The position numbers and the translations under genes are program-made. From contig CAZXCN010000001.1 in the NCBI GenBank assembly GCA_964639185.1, positions 38,626 through 102,625 on the forward strand: 64,000 nt of DNA, given 5' to 3'. Source of the stretch: an uncultured Candidatus Saccharibacteria bacterium. GTDB lineage: Bacteria > Patescibacteriota > Minisyncoccia > Phycocordibacterales > UBA9973. Below the pieces are notes generated by a model. That model ran no database searches, was not told the DNA's origin, and was given only the letters and a program-made list of their open reading frames with translations. The stretch's first letter is position 1. Each line of letters opens with the position of its first letter. Shown piece after piece: positions 38,676 to 48,065 of the stretch.

Positions 38676-40505
38676 ATGAGTATTTTTTCATCAATTTTTG
38701 GTTCAAATAAAGCAACACCACAAGGCAAAATGGTGCTACCTGTGTTACCAAATGAAATATACCAAGCAGCCACATTGGAGCTTCAGGATATAATAGCCCC
38801 TTCAGCATTACAAATCAGCCCAAAATCACTAAATCTCGGAGACAAGATATCCCGCACATTTTTTGTTATATCATACCCACGCTACCTTACCGACAATTGG
38901 TTTTCACCAATTATCAATTTAGATAAAATATTTGATGTTTCTATATTTATTCACCCTATCAATACGGGGGAAATACTACGTTCTTTCCAAAAGAAGGTGG
39001 CTGAAGTGCAAAGTCAGATATCGATACGTGAATCCAAGGGGCTCGTGCGTGACCCAATGCTAGATACTGCATATGGCGACCTCGAGGAACTTCGCAATAA
39101 CTTGATGCAAGCTCAGGAAAAGATGTTCGATGTAGGTTTATATATCACTATATATGCCGACAACGAAAACGAATTATATAAATCCGAAAATGAAATCAAG
39201 TCATTATTGGAATCTAAATTAATATATTTAAAACCTGCATTATTCCAACAAGAAGAAGCTTTCAAAAGCTCTATCCCTACTGGTACTGACCTTTTGGAAA
39301 TAGGGCAGAAGTTGAATACCGAACCACTTTCTAGTGTATTTCCATTTGTATCCTTTGACCTTACTTCAGACAAAGGCATACTATATGGGGTAAATAGGCA
39401 TAATTCCAGCCTTATCATATTTGACCGTTTCTCACTGCCAAACTATAACTCTATTACATTTGCCACATCTGGTGCTGGTAAATCATACGCTACCAAACTA
39501 GAGATCATTCGCACTCTTATGTTTGATACCGAAGTAATTGTCATAGATCCTGAACGTGAATACGAATTCCTGTCTGAAGCAATGGGGGGTAGGTATTTCA
39601 ATATTGCACTTTCATCTGAGCACCACATCAATCCATTTGACCTGCCTATCCCAAGCGAAGACGAAACAGGTGGTGATGTATTGCGATCAAACACCATCAA
39701 CCTTGTTGGATTATTTCGTATCATGCTCGGTGGCCTAACCCCAGAAGAGGATTCCATAATCGATCGTGCTATTACAGAAACATATGCGCTTAAAGACATT
39801 ACCGCGGAAAGTGATTTTCGAAATATTGAACCTCCTTTACTTTCCGATTTTGAAATGGTTCTAGCTGGCATGGAAGGTAGTGATTCAATCATACAACGCC
39901 TTACAAAATACACTCGTGGAAGTTGGGCTTCGTTCCTAAATCAACCTTCAAATGTGGATATAAATAGAAAATTTGTTGTCTTTTCTGTACGTGATATGGA
40001 AGATGAGCTCAAACCAGTAGCTATGTATATAGTTACACATTATATATGGAACGCTATTCGTAAAAATATAAAGAAGCGACTATTGGTGGTAGATGAAGCT
40101 TGGTGGATGATGAAATCCGAGGACACAGCTTCGTTCCTATATTCTATTGCAAAACGTGGGCGTAAATATTACTTAGGGCTTGCTACTATAACCCAAGATG
40201 TGGGAGACTTTATGAAGAGCCCTTATGGTATACCTATTGTTACCAACTCTTCACTTCAACTTCTACTAAAGCAATCACCATCAACAGTAGACCTGCTTCA
40301 AAAAACTTTCAACCTTACCGACGAGGAAAAATACCTTCTTTTAGAAGCAAATGTAGGGGAGGGTATATTCTTTGCAGGACTCAAACACGTAGCTGTTAAA
40401 ACTATTGCTTCTTATACCGAGGACCAGATCATAACATCGGACCCATCACAAATATTGGCTATAAAAAAAGCAAAAGACGAATTAATGAATAATAATACGC
40501 AATAG
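38676..40505 (+). CDS. VirB4-like type IV secretion ATPase
   Basis: Walker A ATSGAGKS, VIDPEREY, INPFDL, Walker B VVDEAW, RGRKY, ITQDV. Confidence 0.9.
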   Translation: MSIFSSIFGSNKATPQGKMVLPVLPNEIYQAATLELQDIIAPSALQISPKSLNLGDKISRTFFVISYPRYLTDNWFSPIINLDKIFDVSIFIHPINTGEILRSFQKKVAEVQSQISIRESKGLVRDPMLDTAYGDLEELRNNLMQAQEKMFDVGLYITIYADNENELYKSENEIKSLLESKLIYLKPALFQQEEAFKSSIPTGTDLLEIGQKLNTEPLSSVFPFVSFDLTSDKGILYGVNRHNSSLIIFDRFSLPNYNSITFATSGAGKSYATKLEIIRTLMFDTEVIVIDPEREYEFLSEAMGGRYFNIALSSEHHINPFDLPIPSEDETGGDVLRSNTINLVGLFRIMLGGLTPEEDSIIDRAITETYALKDITAESDFRNIEPPLLSDFEMVLAGMEGSDSIIQRLTKYTRGSWASFLNQPSNVDINRKFVVFSVRDMEDELKPVAMYIVTHYIWNAIRKNIKKRLLVVDEAWWMMKSEDTASFLYSIAKRGRKYYLGLATITQDVGDFMKSPYGIPIVTNSSLQLLLKQSPSTVDLLQKTFNLTDEEKYLLLEANVGEGIFFAGLKHVAVKTIASYTEDQIITSDPSQILAIKKAKDELMNNNTQ

Positions 40506-40589
40506 ATATAGGGTGATACTAACAAATCGATTTGTGCTTTTAATTCTTTTCTACTTTCTACTTTTTACTTATTTTAGTATAATATAATA

Positions 40590-41579
40590 GTGAAAAAATG
40601 GTTTATACAAATAACCCTATTAATACTTTTAGTTATTAGTGTATCACCTCTGTATATCAATGCTGAGAGTCTTCAGGTTACATCTGCTGATATAAATATT
40701 GAAACAATACCAGAAAACCCAGCTCCGTATTCTGATGTAACTATCAATATTACGAGCTACGCTACTGACTTGAATAAAGCACTAATAACATGGAAAAGTG
40801 GCAATGATACACTACTTTCTGGAATAGGGCGCACAAAATATGTATTTAAAACTGGGGCTCCTAATATAAATACCGCATTTCAAATTTCTATTACCCCTGC
40901 TGGAACATTTGGGTCTGTTGATAAAAGCTTTATCATACAACCATCTGAAGTAGAGATGCTATGGCAAGCTATCGATTCATATACACCACCTTTCTACAAA
41001 GGTAGAAGTTTCCCATCAACCGAAGGGTATATTCGAGTAGTAGCTATGCCAAACACTGCTGGTGTAGCAAATATAAACAACAAGAACATGGCTTACTATT
41101 GGAAGATAAATTACAATAGTGACCAAGATGCATCGGGGTATGGCAAGGATTCATTTACTTATAAAAATAGCTACCTTAATGATATTGACCATGTTGGGGT
41201 TGCTGTATCCACCACAAATGGATCATACACTGGTACTGGTACAGTAGATATACCGATGTCTAAACCTGAAATAATTTTCTACAAAAAGTCACCTACTGAA
41301 GGGATCAATTATAACGAAGCTATATCTAATACAGTAGATATGACCGAAGATGAGATGACCCTAGTAGCAGAACCTTATTTTCTAAATAATATAATTAACA
41401 CAAATGATTTAGTATATAAATGGCAAATAAACAACAAAGATATCAATACCCCTAGAAACCCTTATGAATTAACAATCCGCCCAGAATCACGTGGGGGATA
41501 TGCTAATATAAATATATCAATAAACAGTATTAGTAAACTTTTCCAGTCGGTTAGTAAATCTATTAAAATAAATTTGTAA
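40590..41579 (+). CDS. Secreted Ig-like beta-rich hypothetical protein
   Basis: Signal peptide; W.A.DSYTPPFYKGR, AEPYFL, Y.W.IN; GTG start 6 nt after TATAAT. Confidence 0.7.
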   Translation: MKKWFIQITLLILLVISVSPLYINAESLQVTSADINIETIPENPAPYSDVTINITSYATDLNKALITWKSGNDTLLSGIGRTKYVFKTGAPNINTAFQISITPAGTFGSVDKSFIIQPSEVEMLWQAIDSYTPPFYKGRSFPSTEGYIRVVAMPNTAGVANINNKNMAYYWKINYNSDQDASGYGKDSFTYKNSYLNDIDHVGVAVSTTNGSYTGTGTVDIPMSKPEIIFYKKSPTEGINYNEAISNTVDMTEDEMTLVAEPYFLNNIINTNDLVYKWQINNKDINTPRNPYELTIRPESRGGYANINISINSISKLFQSVSKSIKINL

Positions 41580-41580
41580 T

Positions 41581-43035
41581 ATGAAAAAGGTAACCATATT
41601 AGTATTATCAATATTAACAATGCTTGGTGGAGTATTTATTTCAATGTACCCACAAAAGGCTAGTGCAGCAGCATGTTCTGTATCATCAGCAACTTTTAGC
41701 CCTAGTGGTGATCAAGCAGACAAATGGTATGCCCCTGGTAAAAACAAAGTGTCCATAGAAATAATCACTGAAAATTGCATTGGGCAAACACTTACCGTAA
41801 ATGTAACAGAAGCGGACAGTTGCCCTCTTGTTGATTGCGATGATTATTTACCAGATTCAGGACTTGAAAATTTAAAAATAAAAATTGAACAAATTATTAC
41901 AAATATAGATATAACTGCAGGTGAGGAATCTTGTGAAGCAGGACTGGGGTTTGATTGTGATTTATATCTTCGAGTTAAAAGTGGTGGTTATTCATTGTAT
42001 TCATCTTGGGAAAAGAGTCAGGGTAATTTAAGATATGAATGTAGTGGTGTGTGTTTAGACAATGCAAAATTAGGAAATATTGCATTTAGTGAGGGAACTG
42101 GTCCTGTTAATGAAAATGGTGATCCTGTATCTGTTACACCTACAGGCAACCGAGTATTTGATGAGGATTATAAATTACTAGCACCATTACCTGGGATATC
42201 TAAAATAGACAGTACAACAACTACATTGGGAGATTATCTGAATATAATTTTCAAATTAGCTATTGGTATTTGTGGGGCACTGGCTGTAATTATGATTGTA
42301 ATATACGGAGTACAGTACATGGGGGATGGGTCAGTATTTGGTCATACTGAGGCAAAGAGCAAGATATCAGCTGCTATAATGGGTCTATTACTAGCACTCG
42401 GTGCATATGCAATATTGAATACAATTAATCCCGATCTGGTAGGGGAAAGTGGTATAAACATAAAGCAAGTACAGATAAGTATCTCTCCAGACGATACATC
42501 AACAGGATCATCTACAAATCTTTGTATTTCATCAACAAATCCGCCAAATCCAGATGATGCGAAAGGGACAACAGTAACTTTAAACAAAACCATGCTGGAT
42601 AAATACATACCTGAAATAAACAAAATTACTTCATTAAAAACTGGTCAAAAATTACTAATGACAGCACAAACATTTACTGAAGGTTTTAACGAAACTCCAT
42701 CACCAGGTACTAAATCTTACAGAACAAATAATCCTGGTAATATAGGGAACACAGATGATGGTAAAACTAAATCTTTTCCAACACTTAAAGAAGGCATAAT
42801 AGCACAATCAACCGAAGTGATAAGTGGGAAAGGAAGTTACCAGATCAATGGATCATCCACCTGTGCTCTTGGCAAAGAATTATATGATGGGTCTTTGTAT
42901 CAGTATTTAAGAATATATTCTACTGGAGCAAGACAAAATAATAATTATGTTAATTCTATTATTGGTTATTTTAAAGCAAACGGTAAAACAATTACAGCAA
43001 GAACAAAGATGTCTGAAATATATAACATGAATTAA
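41581..43035 (+). CDS. VirB2/TrbC-like T4SS pilin domain flanked by a Cys-rich N-terminal domain and a lysozyme-like C-terminal domain
   Basis: LAPLPG...YLNIIFKLAIGICGALAVIMIVIYGVQYM...AKSKI..AIMGLLLALGAYAILNTINPDL; C-terminal AQTFTEG...NNPGNI...FPTLKEGI...Y...NY. Confidence 0.72.
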   Translation: MKKVTILVLSILTMLGGVFISMYPQKASAAACSVSSATFSPSGDQADKWYAPGKNKVSIEIITENCIGQTLTVNVTEADSCPLVDCDDYLPDSGLENLKIKIEQIITNIDITAGEESCEAGLGFDCDLYLRVKSGGYSLYSSWEKSQGNLRYECSGVCLDNAKLGNIAFSEGTGPVNENGDPVSVTPTGNRVFDEDYKLLAPLPGISKIDSTTTTLGDYLNIIFKLAIGICGALAVIMIVIYGVQYMGDGSVFGHTEAKSKISAAIMGLLLALGAYAILNTINPDLVGESGINIKQVQISISPDDTSTGSSTNLCISSTNPPNPDDAKGTTVTLNKTMLDKYIPEINKITSLKTGQKLLMTAQTFTEGFNETPSPGTKSYRTNNPGNIGNTDDGKTKSFPTLKEGIIAQSTEVISGKGSYQINGSSTCALGKELYDGSLYQYLRIYSTGARQNNNYVNSIIGYFKANGKTITARTKMSEIYNMN

Positions 43036-43040
43036 TTAAC

Positions 43041-44363
43041 ATGAGAAAGACAATAATCATTATTATACTTATACTAATCACCGCTGGTGGGACATTTTGG
43101 TATATACAAAATAAACAAAATACTACTGCAACCAGTAACACTAATACAGACACTGGATTCTTTAAATCATTCTTTTCATTTACACAAAAAAAATCAGACA
43201 CAACAACTGGTACTGGCTCGGACACAACAGACACAACAACTGGTACAGACACCAATGGCGATGGGGTAGTAGATACTTCAGTACAAAATACTCCTAAATT
43301 AAAACAGGTCACAAATTTTGCGATATCAGGTTTTACAACATTTATCGACAAAAGAAAGCTTCCAGAAAGTGCAGTACCTTTTTCTGAAACACCAATATTA
43401 ACAAACACAAAGGAAAAGCAAGTAACCCCGATAATACCTAAAATAGAGGAGGAGTCAGTGTCAGCATTACGCTATGTTGCACGATCAAATGGACATATTT
43501 ATAGTCAGTATTTAGACACAGAAGCAAGTGCTAAAACATCTAACTCAACAATTCCAAGTATTTACGAAACATATTTAGGCAACAATGGTAGTGCTGTAAT
43601 ATACAGATACCTAAGCAATAACAACAAAACAATACAAACATTTCTAACACATACAAATCAAACAAAAGGGGATTTTCTTCAAGAAGATATAACAAGTGTA
43701 TCAATATCACCAGATAGTGTTGGTTTATTCTACCTTGCACCACTCGGTAGTGATATAGCTGGTTATTACATGAACCTTCAGGATAATAATAAAGTACAAA
43801 TATTCACATCTGCATTTACTGAGTGGTTACCACAATGGGCAGGGACTTCTACTATATTCCTGACAACAAAGCCATCATGGGACACCAGAGGTTCATTGTA
43901 CGCAACAAATATAGGTAAAAACAATTTCACAAAAGTATTTGGAGGGATAAAGGGTCTAACCACACTTGCTTCTAATAATGCTACAAATATAATATACAGC
44001 GCAACAACAAATATTGGCCCAGAATTAGGTGTATACAATATAGAAAAGAAAGAATTCACAAAGCTTCCAGTACGAACAATGGCAGATAAATGCGTATGGA
44101 GCAGGGATGGGGTGAGGGTTTATTGTGCAAAGCCAAACAACATTGAAGGCAATAAGTATCCAGATAACTGGTATAAAGGCATAACTTCATTCAATGACAG
44201 TATTGTAGTTATAGATATTACAAACAAATCTTACCTAACTATCATAAATACTGAAGATGTTTCAGCAATAGATGCAATAAATCTAACACTATCAAAAGAT
44301 GAAAAGGTTTTATTATTTATGAATAAAAAAGATTCAACATTGTGGAGATTGGATTTAGAATAA
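43041..44363 (+). CDS. Membrane-anchored beta-propeller (TolB/WD40-like) protein
   Basis: N-terminal TM, Thr-rich linker, SISPD, KCVWSRDG..VYCA, LSKDEKVLLFMNKKDSTLW. Confidence 0.65.
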   Translation: MRKTIIIIILILITAGGTFWYIQNKQNTTATSNTNTDTGFFKSFFSFTQKKSDTTTGTGSDTTDTTTGTDTNGDGVVDTSVQNTPKLKQVTNFAISGFTTFIDKRKLPESAVPFSETPILTNTKEKQVTPIIPKIEEESVSALRYVARSNGHIYSQYLDTEASAKTSNSTIPSIYETYLGNNGSAVIYRYLSNNNKTIQTFLTHTNQTKGDFLQEDITSVSISPDSVGLFYLAPLGSDIAGYYMNLQDNNKVQIFTSAFTEWLPQWAGTSTIFLTTKPSWDTRGSLYATNIGKNNFTKVFGGIKGLTTLASNNATNIIYSATTNIGPELGVYNIEKKEFTKLPVRTMADKCVWSRDGVRVYCAKPNNIEGNKYPDNWYKGITSFNDSIVVIDITNKSYLTIINTEDVSAIDAINLTLSKDEKVLLFMNKKDSTLWRLDLE

Positions 44364-44398
44364 CCTCTCCCTAGCCCTCTCCTTTGTAATGAGAGGGG
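44364..44398. repeat. CCTCTCCCTAGCCCTCTCC...GAGAGGG REP-like hairpin between convergent genes
   Basis: CCCTCTC/GAGAGGG stem preceded by a pyrimidine tract. Confidence 0.4.
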
Positions 44399-44421
44399 AT
44401 AACCAAAAGAAAAAGAGGAGA

Positions 44422-44889
44422 TTATATCTCCTCTTTTTCTTTGTATTTAATTACTACTCTACGTCCTGGACCAACTCCAGATGATTCAGTAGTGATGTCT
44501 GGGATATTCTCTAGAAACATGTGCACAATACGACGTTCATATGCAGGCATAGGGTCAAGCTCGACACTATTCTTGAAATATCGTGCGCGCTCAGCCAACA
44601 TGTGTGCAGTAGTTTTCAAGCTATCAAACCTCTTCTTATTATAACCATTGATATCGATCATAAGCATGCCGGCCTCGGCCTCACTTATATCCTTCTCGAT
44701 CATTTTACGAACAATATGATTTAAAGATTTAAGTGTATCACCCTCACGGCCTATCATGAATCGTGAATCGGGTGTTGATACAGAGCACCACAACATTGAG
44801 CCTTCTTCGGTAAATTCACATGCATCCAATTTGCACGCTGTGTGTTTAAATATATCTTCTATTATTTTTTTTATATTATCTTTGTCCAT
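44422..44889 (-). CDS. jag: Jag/KhpB (KH + R3H) RNA-binding protein
   Basis: MIGREGDTLKSL (KH), IDINGY, PMPAYERRIVHMFL...TESSGVGPGRRVVI (R3H); follows yidC. Confidence 0.88.
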   Translation of the reverse strand: MDKDNIKKIIEDIFKHTACKLDACEFTEEGSMLWCSVSTPDSRFMIGREGDTLKSLNHIVRKMIEKDISEAEAGMLMIDINGYNKKRFDSLKTTAHMLAERARYFKNSVELDPMPAYERRIVHMFLENIPDITTESSGVGPGRRVVIKYKEKEEI

Positions 44890-44902
44890 ATTTATAATAT
44901 AT

Positions 44903-45664
44903 TTATTTTACTTCAATCGCTTTTACTTCTATTATGCCATCTTCTTTCTTTAAATTATTCTTTACGTACCATTCCTGAATAATTGTAAACACGTTACTTG
45001 TAACCCAATAAAGTGCTACTGCTGCAGATATTTTGTAAGAAATAAATACTATGAATATTGGTAATATAAAGCGAACATTTACAGACATACTGTCAGACAT
45101 TTGCTCTTGGAAAGTTTTTGGTTTATCAGAATCAGCTGGGTCTTTCTTTGGCTTTTTTGCAAACATCATCTGCCCTTGGATAAATTGTGATATACCAGCA
45201 AGCAAAGCAAGAACTATTGATTTACCATGAACATCAATAACACCTAGGAACATTGTGTGTAAATTCACTGGCATTGTTACAAATGAATATAATGGGTCAG
45301 TCCCTTGTGCCAAACCCTTATAAAATGCGTAATACAAAGCAAATATAACAGGCAACTGTACTAACAGAACCAAACACCCAGAAAAAGGATTTACTTTGTA
45401 TTGTTTATATAACTCAAAAGTCTTCTTTGATTGCTCTTCTTTATTTGGATAATCCTCCTTTATCTTCTTTAGAAGGGGTTCTATTTGCTTCATTTTGAAT
45501 TGACTGCGAATAGACTTCTTTGAAAGAGGGAATAGTATCAGTTTTACTAAAATTGTAAGTATTATGATAGCAAAACCAACATCCCCAAAGGTGACATGGT
45601 TTATAATAAAGATAAGAGCGTTATAAATAGGTTGATAAAAAAGATTAGTCCAAATAGTTTGCAT
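44903..45664 (-). CDS. yidC: Membrane protein insertase YidC
   Basis: GFAIIILTILVKLILFPL, LYKQYKVNPFSGCL..LVQLPV, ALYWVTSN.F.IIQ. Confidence 0.93.
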   Translation of the reverse strand: MQTIWTNLFYQPIYNALIFIINHVTFGDVGFAIIILTILVKLILFPLSKKSIRSQFKMKQIEPLLKKIKEDYPNKEEQSKKTFELYKQYKVNPFSGCLVLLVQLPVIFALYYAFYKGLAQGTDPLYSFVTMPVNLHTMFLGVIDVHGKSIVLALLAGISQFIQGQMMFAKKPKKDPADSDKPKTFQEQMSDSMSVNVRFILPIFIVFISYKISAAVALYWVTSNVFTIIQEWYVKNNLKKEDGIIEVKAIEVK

Positions 45665-45707
45665 TAAACTATTGTAACTTAATAAGCTCTAAAATCAAAA
45701 TATTTGT

Positions 45708-45914
45708 TTATTTTAAAGGGTCTAAGCGGTTTTTCTGCCATGGATGGCAACGTAATATCCTATACACACCTTTATACACACCTTTTAGAGATCCATACTT
45801 TTCAATAGCTTGTTTAGTATACTCAGAGCAAGTTGGGACAAAAACACAAGCATAATGCGCCCTTGTTGGGGTCTTTTGATATGTATTTATAAGCCAAATT
45901 AGTAGTTTTTTCAA
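45708..45914 (-). CDS. yidD: Membrane protein insertion efficiency factor YidD
   Basis: CVFVPTCSEY...AIEKYG..KG......RILRCHPW....DP. Confidence 0.9.
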   Translation of the reverse strand: MKKLLIWLINTYQKTPTRAHYACVFVPTCSEYTKQAIEKYGSLKGVYKGVYRILRCHPWQKNRLDPLK

Positions 45915-45915
45915 T

Positions 45916-46245
45916 TTAAGCCTTTATTTTAAGGAATAATTCAGATAAATCGCCTTTAATTTGCTCAAAAGAAGCCTCTTTGGCTTGTTTCTTGTAAAAA
46001 ACTATGTAAACAAAGCCTTTTTTGAGATTCACACAAGAAATAGCCCTATAACCCTGTCTTCGAAGGGAATTACGCTTTGAGGCAAGCTTGGCTACTGCTT
46101 TTGGTGCAACAAAGGCTAATTTATATACATCTTTATCCGAAAAAGCCTTATATTTCAACATAAAAAAAGGGCTATGCAAAACATTGCCTTCTTTTATGAC
46201 AGAATCGAATAACCCTTTTGTTACTCGTCTATTCTTTGAGATCAT
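45916..46245 (-). CDS. rnpA: Ribonuclease P protein component
   Basis: FVAPKAVAKLASKRNSLRR (RNR-like motif); position between rpmH and yidD. Confidence 0.85.
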   Translation of the reverse strand: MISKNRRVTKGLFDSVIKEGNVLHSPFFMLKYKAFSDKDVYKLAFVAPKAVAKLASKRNSLRRQGYRAISCVNLKKGFVYIVFYKKQAKEASFEQIKGDLSELFLKIKA

Positions 46246-46247
46246 AC

Positions 46248-46388
46248 TTATTTTGATACTGAGAGTTTTGCGCGACCCTTTTGGCGTCGGCGAGCAAGCA
46301 CCTTCTTACCACCAACTGTTTTTGTACGAGTTAGGAAGCCGTGAGTTTTTGCTCTTTTTCTTTTATTAGGTTGGTATGTTTGAGACAT
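46248..46388 (-). CDS. rpmH: 50S ribosomal protein L34
   Basis: [38 protein letters not shown]; start placed at 46388. Confidence 0.95.
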   Translation of the reverse strand: MSQTYQPNKRKRAKTHGFLTRTKTVGGKKVLARRRQKGRAKLSVSK

Positions 46389-46419
46389 ATAGGAAATATA
46401 TACTATAATGTACATTATT

Positions 46420-46480
46420 GCAAATCCACATGTTATCAACATGTTAATTAAGAGTTGCAAGTATTACTTATTAACAAAGA
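46420..46480. promoter_or_regulatory. DnaA-box-like sites upstream of dnaA
   Basis: AAATCCACA (46422), TTATCAACA (46433), TTATTAACA (46468), 1-2 mismatches to TTATCCACA. Confidence 0.5.
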
Positions 46481-46497
46481 CGGGTATAATACAAATT

Positions 46498-47838
46498 ATG
46501 AATAACACAAAGGAATTATGGAATACATGCCTAATAGATATCGAATCAAATATCTCACGTGCCAACTTTACAACATGGTTCAAGAACACATCTATCATAA
46601 AAGAGGATAGTGGTACGTTACACATAGGTGTTCCAAATGAATTCGTAAAGGATTGGTTATACAACAAATTCCACAAACTGATCCTAAAAACTCTAATGTC
46701 ACACAAGGATGATATTCGTAGCATTGAATACGTGATAGTTAAACATGACTCTAGTAAAATAGCACCACCTCCAGTCTCTACCCAAAACAAAGAATTACCT
46801 TTAGGTGATTTATATATAAACAAAGAAGATAATCTAAATCCTAAATACACATTCAACTCATTTATTGTTGGACCTTTCAACGAGCTTGCTTATGCCGTAT
46901 CACAAGCAATAATAAACAATCCTGGCAATAGTTATAATCCTTTCTTTATTTATGGTGGTACTGGGTTGGGTAAAACTCATATGATCCAATCAATAGGGAA
47001 TACCATAAAAGCAAAATTTCCAAACAAAAAGATATTCTATGTAAGCTTGGAAAGGTTTTCAATCGATTATGTAAATTCATTACAAAACAAAACACCAAAT
47101 GCTTTCAAGGAGAAGTATAGAAAATACGATGTGATAATAATGGATGATATTCAATTCATATCTGGTAAAGAAAAAACTCAGGAAGAATTATTCCACTTAT
47201 TCAACACACTTCACGAGAGTAACCGACAGATAATATTCTCATCTGATAAACACCCGAACTTTATCCAAGGTCTAGAGGAGAGGTTACAATCAAGATTTGC
47301 TTCAGGTATGACTGTTCAAATAACTGAACCTGACTATGAATCTCGTATAGCTATAATACAAGCTAAATTACAGAACAATAATTGTATCGTGGATGAAGAT
47401 GTGGTTTCATATCTTGCAGCTTCTCTTGAGGGTAATATACGCGAATTAGAGGGTAGTTTGAACGCTATTATATGCCAATCTCAATTAAAAAATAAGAGTA
47501 TTAGTCTAATAGAAGCAAAACAATTAATAAAAAACAACATTAAACCAAAAAAGAGTGTTGCAATAAAAGATGTTGTAAAAACAATAGCTGATTATTATGG
47601 AATAGAAGAAGAAACAATATACGATAAAACAAGAAGGAAGGAGATAGTTCGAGCTCGCCAAGTAACTATGTATATCTTGAGAGAAGATTTCAATATATCT
47701 TACCCACTTATTGGTCAGAAAATGGGTGGCAAAGATCACACAACAGTAATACACTCTCATTTAAAAATAAAGAAGGATATAACAACCGACCCAGCATTAG
47801 TACAAGAATTAGAAAAGATAAGAATATTGTTTAAATAG
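46498..47838 (+). CDS. dnaA: Chromosomal replication initiator DnaA
   Basis: LNPKYTFNSF, YNPFFIYGGTGLGKTH, DDIQF, QEELFHLFN, RLQSRF, NIRELEG, GGKDHTTVIH; start placed at ATG 46498. Confidence 0.97.
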   Translation: MNNTKELWNTCLIDIESNISRANFTTWFKNTSIIKEDSGTLHIGVPNEFVKDWLYNKFHKLILKTLMSHKDDIRSIEYVIVKHDSSKIAPPPVSTQNKELPLGDLYINKEDNLNPKYTFNSFIVGPFNELAYAVSQAIINNPGNSYNPFFIYGGTGLGKTHMIQSIGNTIKAKFPNKKIFYVSLERFSIDYVNSLQNKTPNAFKEKYRKYDVIIMDDIQFISGKEKTQEELFHLFNTLHESNRQIIFSSDKHPNFIQGLEERLQSRFASGMTVQITEPDYESRIAIIQAKLQNNNCIVDEDVVSYLAASLEGNIRELEGSLNAIICQSQLKNKSISLIEAKQLIKNNIKPKKSVAIKDVVKTIADYYGIEEETIYDKTRRKEIVRARQVTMYILREDFNISYPLIGQKMGGKDHTTVIHSHLKIKKDITTDPALVQELEKIRILFK

Positions 47839-48065
47839 TTGTGGATAAGTTACTTATAAGTTAATAAAAAAATGTTTATAAGTGTTAATAAAAATAGAAT
47901 AAGTACACGGTTTAATAAAAAATGTATTTAAATAAAAATTAATTAACATTTCGATAATTTAAAAAACAATAATATACATTTATAAAATAAGGTTTAAAAA
48001 GTAATCCACATTATACAGACAGTAATAGTAATAATAATGTATTAATAGATAATATACACAATTAT
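47839..48065. other. Replication origin oriC
   Basis: dnaA-dnaN spacer, very AT-rich; perfect box TGTGGATAA (47840-47848); tandem TAATCCACA-TTATACAGA (48002-48019) followed by TAA/TAG triplets. Confidence 0.8.

Noticed and set aside
28894-44363. Integrative conjugative element
   Set aside because: No relaxase, coupling protein, integrase or flanking att repeats in the window, and the cluster is embedded among core genes.
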